Numbered from the stretch's first letter, positions 1-6,920 are shown. The stretch: 10,987 nt of DNA from Candidatus Zixiibacteriota bacterium (GCA_041742355.1 JBGSIV010000235.1:1-10987), one strand, 5' to 3'. Numbers and translations are program-made. Notes: a model not told the origin generated them from the letters alone.

Positions 1-77
1 CTCGTGCCGCAGCCGGCCACAAACACAAGGATGCCGATTGGAAGGGACAGGATCCGCAAGGATGTACACACGTTCAT
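1..77 (-). CDS. Partial CDS (5' end only): putative lipoprotein
   Basis: Manual translation from ATG at 77: MNVCTSLRILSLPIGILVFVAGCGT..., a hydrophobic stretch ending in a lipobox-like VAG-C. AGGA lies a few nt upstream. The frame runs off the window edge. Confidence 0.65.
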   Translation of the reverse strand, partial: MNVCTSLRILSLPIGILVFVAGCGT

Positions 78-111
78 AGTTGTCCTACACTTCTGGGCTC
101 GTAATTGATCC

Positions 112-141
112 AATATAAACATGTTACGGCGGCTGCGCCAA
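112..141 (-). promoter_or_regulatory. Putative sigma70-type promoter for the lipoprotein gene
   Basis: Minus strand TTGGCG (141-136), 18-nt spacer, TATATT (117-112), in an AT-rich patch. Confidence 0.4.
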
Positions 142-164
142 CGGAAACCGGCGGTCTCCAGAGT

Positions 165-192
165 CTTCGGGACGGCCCCCGCCGCCCCGAAG
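165..192 (-). terminator. Hairpin downstream of the 203-610 gene (possible terminator or stabilising stem)
   Basis: Minus strand CTTCGGGGCGGC-GGGG-GCCGTCCCGAAG: 12-bp stem with one G:U pair, 10 nt after the stop codon. No U-tract. Confidence 0.4.
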
Positions 193-202
193 GTGCCCTT
201 CC

Positions 203-610
203 TTAGAAAACCAGCCGCAGGCCAAATTGGTTCACCGGTTTCGGATCAAAGGTCGAAAGCACCCGCTGGTAGTTCAAGACAAAGAAACCGTTGACCGGTT
301 TGACGAGCGACAGCTCGACATAGTGATCACTGTCCATACCAGGCGTGTATTCGAAATTGTAGTCGGCCGTGAATTCGAACCGGAAGTCGGTGAAGACCCG
401 GAAGCCGTTGATCAGGACAAACTGCAGGGTTGCGCCGCGGTCCTCTCCGGCATCGTCGACATTTTTGTAAAACGAGACCTCGTTCGAAAGGGGGAAGAAG
501 CCGAGGGACCGGGACGAATTCTCCCAGGACGGGACCATTCCCGCCCGGGGCGACGCCCCGAGGGTGGTGAGCGAAGCGACCACGCCGACAAACAACACAA
601 GCTTGCGCAT
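203..610 (-). CDS. Exported hypothetical protein, beta-strand rich, outer-membrane-protein-like C-terminus (135 aa)
   Basis: AGGAG RBS before ATG, signal peptide MRKLVLFVGVVASLTTLGA..., alternating amphipathic strands, C-terminal FGLRLVF. Confidence 0.75.
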   Translation of the reverse strand: MRKLVLFVGVVASLTTLGASPRAGMVPSWENSSRSLGFFPLSNEVSFYKNVDDAGEDRGATLQFVLINGFRVFTDFRFEFTADYNFEYTPGMDSDHYVELSLVKPVNGFFVLNYQRVLSTFDPKPVNQFGLRLVF

Positions 611-688
611 GGGGACTCCTGAGGTTAGATGTGGGTTGCCCCGGCCACCGTCAAATACGGCGCCGGAGCGCGGACGTTATCCTGCGGG

Positions 689-717
689 AATATAGGGACT
701 GGCCGACACCGGGGCAA
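689..717 (-). promoter_or_regulatory. Putative sigma70-type promoter for the 203-610 gene
   Basis: Minus strand TTGCCC (717-712), 17-nt spacer, TATATT (694-689). Confidence 0.5.
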
Positions 718-725
718 TGGCCGGG

Positions 726-1805
726 TCAGGCTGGCTTTTCCACCGGTTCCTGCTTGGGCAGCGGGGCGGGTTTGAGATAAGTGCCGTTAAACCGGTTGTT
801 CAGCAGCTCGTCTAGGGTGACCCAGATCGAGCGATAGGTATAGCCAAGTTCCTTGCGGGCCTTCAGCGAAGAGTACACCCAGTCGTAATCAAGCAATTTG
901 ACAAGATCCGGATAGAACGCAACTTTCCCCCGGCCGGTGAGCTTGGCCAGCGTGACGGCCCCGACAGCCGCTATCTCGATCAACCGGCGCGGCACACGCA
1001 TGACATGGGACGCCCGCCCGATAGCCTGGGTGACATTGATGACGAGTTCACGCGCGGTGATGTTGTCCCCGGCAAGGATATAGCGCTCGTTGCGGCGCCC
1101 CCGGGCCAGCGCGGCGATGACTGCCGGCGCAACATCGCGCAGGTCGACCAGGTTGAGGCGATTGTTGAATCCAGGCAGGACAAAGCGCGGGATGCGTTCG
1201 AGAGCTCTGGCGCGATCATCGCCGGTGTCGGACGGTGCGACCATAATCGACGGATTGACGATTATCAGGTCGGTGCGACTGCCGGCGCCGATCTTCACCA
1301 ACTCCTCCTCGGCGGCCCGCTTCGTCATGATATACGGAATTCTCAGATGGCCGAGGTTAAAGGGAGTATCCTCGTTGACCTTCACAGGCGCGCCGCCGGG
1401 ACGCTGATCCCCCCCGTTCTGCCGCGGAATAGCGGCCGTCGCCGCAACCGACGAGACATGAACAAAGCGCTGAACCCCGGCTTTCTCCGCCGCCTGGAAC
1501 AGCTTTACCGGGGCGATCGCGTTGATACCGGTGAACTGGGTCAGCCGGTCCTGCCGGAAATCGATCCAGGCCGCCGTGTGAATGATGCCGTCGATCCCGG
1601 CCACCAGGGAACCGATCTGGCCGTCGTCGCGCAGGTCGGCGATCCGCTTCTCTAAACCAAGGGAATCGATATACGTGGTGTCGGAGGATTCGCGTACGTG
1701 GGCGACCGGACGGCAGCCGCAACGGGTGAGTTCGTAAATAAGCTGCCGGCCAAGTGACCCGGCGGCTCCGGTTATAAGAATGCGCTTACCGTTATTCGTA
1801 TCCAT
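726..1805 (-). CDS. NAD-dependent epimerase/dehydratase family, extended SDR (dihydroflavonol reductase/HpnA-like), 359 aa
   Basis: Rossmann motif ILITGAAGSLG, HTAA, FVHVSS, catalytic YIMTK (YxxxK), VDLRDVA, ERYILAG, KARKELGY. Confidence 0.9.
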   Translation of the reverse strand: MDTNNGKRILITGAAGSLGRQLIYELTRCGCRPVAHVRESSDTTYIDSLGLEKRIADLRDDGQIGSLVAGIDGIIHTAAWIDFRQDRLTQFTGINAIAPVKLFQAAEKAGVQRFVHVSSVAATAAIPRQNGGDQRPGGAPVKVNEDTPFNLGHLRIPYIMTKRAAEEELVKIGAGSRTDLIIVNPSIMVAPSDTGDDRARALERIPRFVLPGFNNRLNLVDLRDVAPAVIAALARGRRNERYILAGDNITARELVINVTQAIGRASHVMRVPRRLIEIAAVGAVTLAKLTGRGKVAFYPDLVKLLDYDWVYSSLKARKELGYTYRSIWVTLDELLNNRFNGTYLKPAPLPKQEPVEKPA

Positions 1806-1907
1806 TGTGTCCGCCCATGTCAGTCAGGCAGTCTGGCGTGTTGACCACGGAAATACGGAAAGAATGTCGATAATGACAACAGGTTTTATTACATTAACTC
1901 CAGCGTT

Positions 1908-2153
1908 ATGAAGAAAGTTCTCGCCAAACTTTGGGCCGGGTGGAAGCGGATCGCACATGCGATCGGCCGTTTCCAGACCCGCGTAATCATCACGATCTTC
2001 TACGGCCTCGTAGTGTCGCCGCTCGGGTTCGTCATGCGCCTGTGCGGCTGGGATCCGCTCGAAGTCGGCCGCAGAAAGGCCGACCGCGGGACCAACTGGA
2101 AGCCGGTCGCCGACACCGAGCCGGACATCGACTCCTTGCGGAGGCAGAGCTAA
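1908..2153 (+). CDS. SxtJ-like small membrane protein (short form, 81 aa)
   Basis: W..IAHAIGRFQTRVIITIFYGLVVSPLGFVMRLCGWDPL...NW...LRRQS resembles the conserved C-terminal half of SxtJ-family proteins. Its stop is 2 nt before the carbamoyltransferase ATG. Confidence 0.8.
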   Translation: MKKVLAKLWAGWKRIAHAIGRFQTRVIITIFYGLVVSPLGFVMRLCGWDPLEVGRRKADRGTNWKPVADTEPDIDSLRRQS

Positions 2154-2155
2154 CC

Positions 2156-3889
2156 ATGAAAATCCTCGGGTTATCCTGCTTCTACCACGACGCGGCGGCG
2201 GCGCTGGTGATCGACGGCAGGCTGGAGGCGGCCGCCGAAGAGGAGCGCTTCAGCCGGATCAAGCACGACTCGGAGTTGCCCGTCCGGGCGGCGCAGTGGG
2301 CTCTCGCCAAGGCCGGCATCGGGATACAGGACCTGGACTACATCGTCTTCTATGATAAGCCCATCACCAAATTCGACCGGATCCTCACCGGATACATGGC
2401 CACACCCTTCCGATCCTACCGCCCCTTCCTCGCGGCGATTCAGATCTGGCTCCGGCGCAAGTTGTGGACCGATCAGGTTATCCACAAGGAACTCGGCTTC
2501 GACGGAGAGGTGCTGTACACGCCGCACCACCTGTCGCACGCCGCCTCGGCCTTCTATACCTCGCCCTTTGAGGATGCAGCGATACTGACCGTCGACGGGG
2601 TCGGGGAGTGGGCGACAGCCTCCTACGGAATCGGCCAGGGGAACCGCGTCAAGCTCCTGGCCCAGATGAACTACCCGCACTCGGTCGGCTTGTTGTACTC
2701 GGCCTTGACCTACTACCTCGGATTTCAGGTCAACTCGGCCGAATACAAAGTCATGGGGCTGGCCCCGTACGGCACCCCCCGCTACGCCGACCTGATGGAA
2801 CGGGAACTGGTGACAGTCCACGAGGACGGATCTATCCACCTGAACCTGAAGTACTTCACCTTCCACCATGGCATGACCATGACCGGCCAGAAACTCCAAC
2901 AGCTGCTCGGACACCCCCGCCGGGAGCCGGAATCGCCTTTGGAGCCCTTCCACCAGGACATCGCCGCGTCGATTCAAAAGGTCACAGAAAATATCGTCGT
3001 CCGCATGGCGCGCCATGTCCGGGCGCAGACCGGGATGGACCGCCTGTGCATGGCGGGGGGAGTCGCCCTCAACTGCACCGCCAACAGCGTCCTCCTGCGG
3101 GAACGGGTGTTCGAGGACATCTATATTGAACCGGCCTCCGGAGATGCCGGCGGAGCCATCGGTGCCGCCCTCTACGCACACCATAAACTCACCGGCGGAC
3201 CCCGGGTGCCGCAGCCGTTTTTCGGGATCGGCCCGACTTTCGACACCGAGGTCGAGGCATTCCTGACCGACAACGGAATCCCGTTTCAACGGGGAAACCG
3301 AGATGAGCAGCTGCGTCGGCTTGCGGCGGCGATCGCCTCGGGGCAGATCGCCGGATTCTACCAGGGAGGCGCCGAATTCGGGCCAAGAGCGCTGGGCTTC
3401 CGGTCAATCCTGGCCGATCCCCGCGACAACTGCATGAAGGAGAAGATCAACGCGGCCGTGAAGTACCGGGAGCCGTTCCGCCCGTTTGCGCCGGCCGTGA
3501 TGCGGGAACACGCGGCGGACTATTTCGAGTGCGACCGCGAAGCCCCGTACATGCTCTTCAACTTCACCGTCCGCGAGAACAAGCGGACCGTGATTCCGGC
3601 GGTGACCCACGCCGACAATTCCTCCCGGATCCAGACCGTCAGCATGGAGGACAATCCGGCCCTGTACCGCCTGCTGGCCGAATTCAAGAATCTCACCGGG
3701 GTGCCGGTGCTCCTGAATACCTCGTTTAACCTCCGCGGACATCCCATCGTCAACACCCCGGCCGACGCCTTCGCCACGTTTTGCTCGGGCGGTATTGACA
3801 TACTCCTCCTCGGATCGTATCTTATCACCAAGCAGGATATTTCTCAATCGCTGCTGCAGCGATTCCGTTTCGAGAAGGCCAACGATTAG
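2156..3889 (+). CDS. O-carbamoyltransferase, NodU/CmcH/TobZ family (SxtI-like), 577 aa
   Basis: Start MKILGLSCFYHDAAAAL. Family motifs EEERFSRIKH, HHLSHAASA, TVDGVGE, EYKVMGLAPYG, GGVALN, PASGDAG, EFGPRALG, REPFRPFAP, LLNTSFN. The likely start is ATG 2156, not 1931. Confidence 0.95.
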   Translation: MKILGLSCFYHDAAAALVIDGRLEAAAEEERFSRIKHDSELPVRAAQWALAKAGIGIQDLDYIVFYDKPITKFDRILTGYMATPFRSYRPFLAAIQIWLRRKLWTDQVIHKELGFDGEVLYTPHHLSHAASAFYTSPFEDAAILTVDGVGEWATASYGIGQGNRVKLLAQMNYPHSVGLLYSALTYYLGFQVNSAEYKVMGLAPYGTPRYADLMERELVTVHEDGSIHLNLKYFTFHHGMTMTGQKLQQLLGHPRREPESPLEPFHQDIAASIQKVTENIVVRMARHVRAQTGMDRLCMAGGVALNCTANSVLLRERVFEDIYIEPASGDAGGAIGAALYAHHKLTGGPRVPQPFFGIGPTFDTEVEAFLTDNGIPFQRGNRDEQLRRLAAAIASGQIAGFYQGGAEFGPRALGFRSILADPRDNCMKEKINAAVKYREPFRPFAPAVMREHAADYFECDREAPYMLFNFTVRENKRTVIPAVTHADNSSRIQTVSMEDNPALYRLLAEFKNLTGVPVLLNTSFNLRGHPIVNTPADAFATFCSGGIDILLLGSYLITKQDISQSLLQRFRFEKAND

Positions 3890-3945
3890 TTTGCGGGTTG
3901 GCTGAATCGACTCCGGCGGCGATGTACATTCGGGGTATAACCGCC

Positions 3946-4107
3946 ATGGCCGGTCGATTGCGCATCTTTTCGGAACTGCTCTATTTCATGCGGACATCCA
4001 AGAAGTGGTGGCTGGGACCGATCCTCGTGTTTCTCGTCCTCCTATCGCTTCTGATCGTCTTCACCGAATCATCTGCCCTGGCGCCGTTTATCTACTCGCT
4101 GTTCTAA
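3946..4107 (+). CDS. SxtK/DUF5989-like single-TM peptide, 53 aa
   Basis: MAGRLRIFSELLYFMRTSKKWWLGPILVFLVLLSLLIVFTESSALAPFIYSLF. KKWWLxP and APFIYxLF are the family hallmarks. It lies directly downstream of the carbamoyltransferase. Confidence 0.88.
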   Translation: MAGRLRIFSELLYFMRTSKKWWLGPILVFLVLLSLLIVFTESSALAPFIYSLF

Positions 4108-4121
4108 CCGGTGAGGTTCGC

Positions 4122-5252
4122 ATGGCCCGGAAACAAACCGGCGGCGAGACCCCTCCCCGCCGGTCCACACCGCTGTTCATCAAACTGCTCGGCAGCCTTC
4201 TGCCGCTCGTGTTTCTCCTGGTCGGAGCGGAGTTCGCCCTGCGCGTGATCGGCGCCGACTCCTATTACAAGAACCAGTTCTTCCCCGTCAACCGCGACAT
4301 CGACTTCATGGATGTCTACCGCCGGGATCCGGAGTTGTTCTGGCGCTTCCGGGAGAACCGGACGATCACGTCCGACCGCTTCAGCTCGATCAATTACCAG
4401 ATCAACTCCAGGGGATTCCGCGGCCCCGAACCGGACAGCCGCCCCGTCAACCTGCGAATCCTCGCACTGGGGAACTCGTGCACCTTCGGCTGGGGAGTGC
4501 CGTGGGAGCAAACCTGGACCTGCCGTCTGGAGTACCTCATCGAAGCTGAAACGGACCTAGGCAACGTCGAGGTGATCAACGCCGGCGTGCCGGGGTACTC
4601 GTCGCACCAGGGAAAAATCTACTTCGAGAAATACCTGCTGGAACCCAAACCGGATATCGTACTGGTGACCTTCGGCTGGAACGATCACTGGGTGGCGGGC
4701 AAAGGCATCGCCGATGCTGACCACAAGGCCCCCTCGGGGTGGATGCTGCAATTGCACAACACCGCGTCGCAGACGAGGCTGTTCCAGTTCACCCGCAAGG
4801 TCGTTCTGTCGCTGACCGAAAAACAGCAGACCGTGGAACTCGATGATGTCGGGTTGTGCCGCGTCCCCCTCGACCAGTTCGCCAACAACTTGTCCGACAT
4901 AGTCAGGACAGCGCGGGCGAACGGTATCGAACCGGTACTGCTGACCCCGCCCGTTGCCTCCCTGGCCAACTACTTCGGCGGCCCGGCCGTGTCGAGCTTC
5001 CACCAGGTCCACAGCAAGTACCAGGCGGAGATCCGGCGGGTGAGCCGGATGCTGCAGGTCCCCTTGGTCGACTTGCAGGCGGCGTTCGACGAATACCGCG
5101 ACCTGTTCGACGACGCCCGGGGGGATGCCGTACACTACAATGCCCGAGGGCACGAGGTGGCGACCGCCGCCATCTGGCAGATGCTGCAGCCTCGGCTGTT
5201 GCCGCCCGAAAAAATCCCACCCCCGCCCGAAGAACTGGCCTCAGGCCGATAG
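4122..5252 (+). CDS. Membrane-anchored SGNH/GDSL hydrolase-fold protein 1, 376 aa
   Basis: GAGG RBS before ATG 4122. Basic N-terminus plus one TM. Block I LALGNSCTFG, block II NAGVPGY, block III FGWND, block V DAVH. Confidence 0.88.
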   Translation: MARKQTGGETPPRRSTPLFIKLLGSLLPLVFLLVGAEFALRVIGADSYYKNQFFPVNRDIDFMDVYRRDPELFWRFRENRTITSDRFSSINYQINSRGFRGPEPDSRPVNLRILALGNSCTFGWGVPWEQTWTCRLEYLIEAETDLGNVEVINAGVPGYSSHQGKIYFEKYLLEPKPDIVLVTFGWNDHWVAGKGIADADHKAPSGWMLQLHNTASQTRLFQFTRKVVLSLTEKQQTVELDDVGLCRVPLDQFANNLSDIVRTARANGIEPVLLTPPVASLANYFGGPAVSSFHQVHSKYQAEIRRVSRMLQVPLVDLQAAFDEYRDLFDDARGDAVHYNARGHEVATAAIWQMLQPRLLPPEKIPPPPEELASGR

Positions 5253-5287
5253 AGAGCCGCCCAGGAGCGACTGAGTGTCGCCAGCGA

Positions 5288-5357
5288 TCAGGGCCGGAGC
5301 AGCAGGGCCGGATATGTAGGGCGCGATAAGTAGGGCGGGATTAGTAGGGCGGGAGTC
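5288..5357 (+). repeat. Degenerate tandem repeat, 5 x 14 nt
   Basis: Units TCAGGGCCGGAGCA / GCAGGGCCGGATAT / GTAGGGCGCGATAA / GTAGGGCGGGATTA / GTAGGGCGGGAGTC start at 5288, 5302, 5316, 5330 and 5344. Confidence 0.8.
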
Positions 5358-5371
5358 CCCAGACTCCCGCC
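5344..5371 (+). repeat. GTAG-type REP-like palindrome
   Basis: GTAG followed directly by a perfect 10-bp stem, GGCGGGAGTC-CCCA-GACTCCCGCC. Confidence 0.7.
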
Positions 5372-5398
5372 ATGGATTCAAAACAAACGGCAGAAATC

Positions 5399-5426
5399 TG
5401 TCATCCCAGGCTTGACCCGGGATCCA
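5399..5426 (+). repeat. CGTC/TGTC-type palindromic repeat unit (single copy here)
   Basis: TGTCATCCCAGGCTTGACCCGGGATCCA: stem ATCCCAGG/CCCGGGAT (one mismatch), loop CTTGA, with GTCAT start and ATCCA end as in CGTC-tagged/RPE-like repeats. Confidence 0.55.
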
Positions 5427-5436
5427 TCCTATTCCC

Positions 5437-5464
5437 GTGGTGTCAGGCGACCCCGCCTGACACC
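5437..5464 (+). repeat. GTGG-led REP-like palindrome
   Basis: Perfect 11-bp stem GGTGTCAGGCG-ACCC-CGCCTGACACC, with GTGG at 5437-5440. Related to the hairpin at 9817-9845. Confidence 0.6.
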
Positions 5465-5499
5465 TCCGAATACCATCTTCATCAGCCCCCAAACCCGGC

Positions 5500-5528
5500 G
5501 TGACACCGCCCCCTTCCCGACATATATT
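5500..5528 (+). promoter_or_regulatory. Putative promoter giving a leaderless mRNA for SGNH protein 2
   Basis: GTGACA (5500-5505), 17 nt, TATATT (5523-5528), 6 nt, ATG 5535. No Shine-Dalgarno sequence. Confidence 0.6.
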
Positions 5529-5534
5529 CCCCCC

Positions 5535-6590
5535 ATGAGTCCGCACCGTTACAGCCTGCTCGTGCGGTTGAGCGCGGCCGTCCTGTCGATAATCGTGTTC
5601 GTCGCGATTGCCGAGGCGGTCGTGCGAATCGCCGGCTTCGATCCGTTCTTCCAGAACCGCTTCTTCGTGCTCAACCGCGCCCTCGATTACCCGGAGATCT
5701 TCCGAAAGGACCACGACCTGTTCTGGCGGATGCGGCCGAACCGGACCGTGACTTCGTCGTTTTTCATCGGGCGGACCTACCGCACGAACGAACTGGGCCT
5801 GCACAATCCGGAGATCACCCCGAAAGGGGATCGCCGGCGAGTCGTGGCGTTGGGGAACTCCTGCACCTTCGGCTGGGGCGTGGCGACCGAAAATGGGTAC
5901 GTGCGCCGCCTTGAAGAACTGCTCGGACCGCACTACCAGGTGATCAACGCAGCGGTGCCGGGGTACACCTCGTTGCAGGGGAAACGCTTCTACGCTTCGG
6001 ACATTCGAAAGCTCGCCCCGGACATCGTCACGATCCTCTTCGCGTTCAACGACCACTGGGCCGCGGCGAAAGAGATCGCCGACAAGGATCAGGAAATGCC
6101 CCCGCAGTGGCTGCTCGACATCCAGAACACCCTGGGGGATCTGCACACCTACCGCCTCCTGAAGAAACTCCTCCTGTCGACCATGGAACCGCCGATGGAC
6201 TCGCTGTTTGATCGCAAAGCGCCGGTCTACCGCGTGGGACCGGAGGATTTTCGGGAGAACCTGCTGGAGCTGTGCCGTTCGATCACAGCCGACAATGCCC
6301 GGCCGATTCTCCTGACCTCGCCGATACCCGACCTGAAAACATACTTCCCGCCGGGACACAAATCGGGCCTGCACACCTTCCACGAACGATACAACGAGAT
6401 CATTCGTGCGGTGGCTGCTGAGGGGGGATACGGTCTGGTGGATCTGGCTCGTGCGTTCGAGGGGCGGGCCGGGCTGTTCGATGACCCGGCGGTCGATCCC
6501 ACGCACTTCAACGACTACGGCCACCGGCTGGCGGCGGAACTGATCGCCGCCCATCTCACGGACATCTTACCGGGTACGACCACACGGTAG
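5535..6590 (+). CDS. Membrane-anchored SGNH/GDSL hydrolase-fold protein 2 (paralogue of 4122-5252), 351 aa
   Basis: N-terminal TM, VALGNSCTFG, NAAVPGY, FAFND, DPTH. Colinear similarity to protein 1 (FFQNRFFVLNRALDY vs YYKNQFFPVNRDIDF; LFWR in both). Confidence 0.88.
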   Translation: MSPHRYSLLVRLSAAVLSIIVFVAIAEAVVRIAGFDPFFQNRFFVLNRALDYPEIFRKDHDLFWRMRPNRTVTSSFFIGRTYRTNELGLHNPEITPKGDRRRVVALGNSCTFGWGVATENGYVRRLEELLGPHYQVINAAVPGYTSLQGKRFYASDIRKLAPDIVTILFAFNDHWAAAKEIADKDQEMPPQWLLDIQNTLGDLHTYRLLKKLLLSTMEPPMDSLFDRKAPVYRVGPEDFRENLLELCRSITADNARPILLTSPIPDLKTYFPPGHKSGLHTFHERYNEIIRAVAAEGGYGLVDLARAFEGRAGLFDDPAVDPTHFNDYGHRLAAELIAAHLTDILPGTTTR

Positions 6591-6599
6591 CCGCTCTGC

Positions 6600-6920
6600 T
6601 CACTTCGTTTCCTCACACCACGCCGTCACACTGCACTTCGGACATCTCAGCAGCTTCTTGTGCGGATAGTGCGGGCTGATGAAATCGGTCACGCTCGAAA
6701 TCCGGAACACCTCTCCGCAATCGGGACACCGGTACCGGGTGAGGCGGGCATGAATCACCACCATAACCGCGAGCGCGAGCGCGGCGGCGATAACGCCGAG
6801 AATCAGCCACAGCGGCGGCCGCGCGAGGGCAATCCCGACAACGACACCCGCTACGACGAAAACAAGAGCGCTGACAAAGATCGCCCGCCAGCGAGTCAGG
6901 CGTGATCGGGTCGAATCCAC
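6600..6920 (-). CDS. Hypothetical 2-TM membrane protein with C-terminal zinc ribbon, 106 aa
   Basis: GTG start with GGAGG RBS, two hydrophobic segments, then YRCPDCG...LRCPKC (two CxxC). Confidence 0.8.
   Translation of the reverse strand: MDSTRSRLTRWRAIFVSALVFVVAGVVVGIALARPPLWLILGVIAAALALAVMVVIHARLTRYRCPDCGEVFRISSVTDFISPHYPHKKLLRCPKCSVTAWCEETK

Noticed and set aside
726..1805. Assignment as hpnA (hopanoid-associated epimerase)
   Set aside because: Similarity is only at family level and there are no hopanoid genes nearby.
1931..2155. 75-aa N-terminal extension of the carbamoyltransferase in the ORF track
   Set aside because: It overlaps the SxtJ-like gene in another frame, and the family N-terminus (MKILGLS) starts at ATG 2156.
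2171..3289. 372-aa minus-strand ORF
   Set aside because: Antisense shadow of the carbamoyltransferase, expected in high-GC coding DNA, with no recognisable motifs.
1908..5252. Saxitoxin biosynthesis cluster
   Set aside because: Only sxtI/J/K/L-like genes are present. No sxtA, sxtG or other core genes are in the window, so no sxt symbols were assigned.
5288..5357. CRISPR-like array
   Set aside because: The period is 14 nt with only 3-4 variable bases, so there are no real spacers, and no cas genes are present.
5412..5534. Upstream TTG start for SGNH2
   Set aside because: The extension runs through hairpin repeats and the predicted promoter. ATG 5535 aligns with the N-terminal anchor of the paralogue.
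5241..6554. 437-aa minus-strand ORF
   Set aside because: Antisense to SGNH2 and running through the repeat-rich intergenic region, with no motifs.
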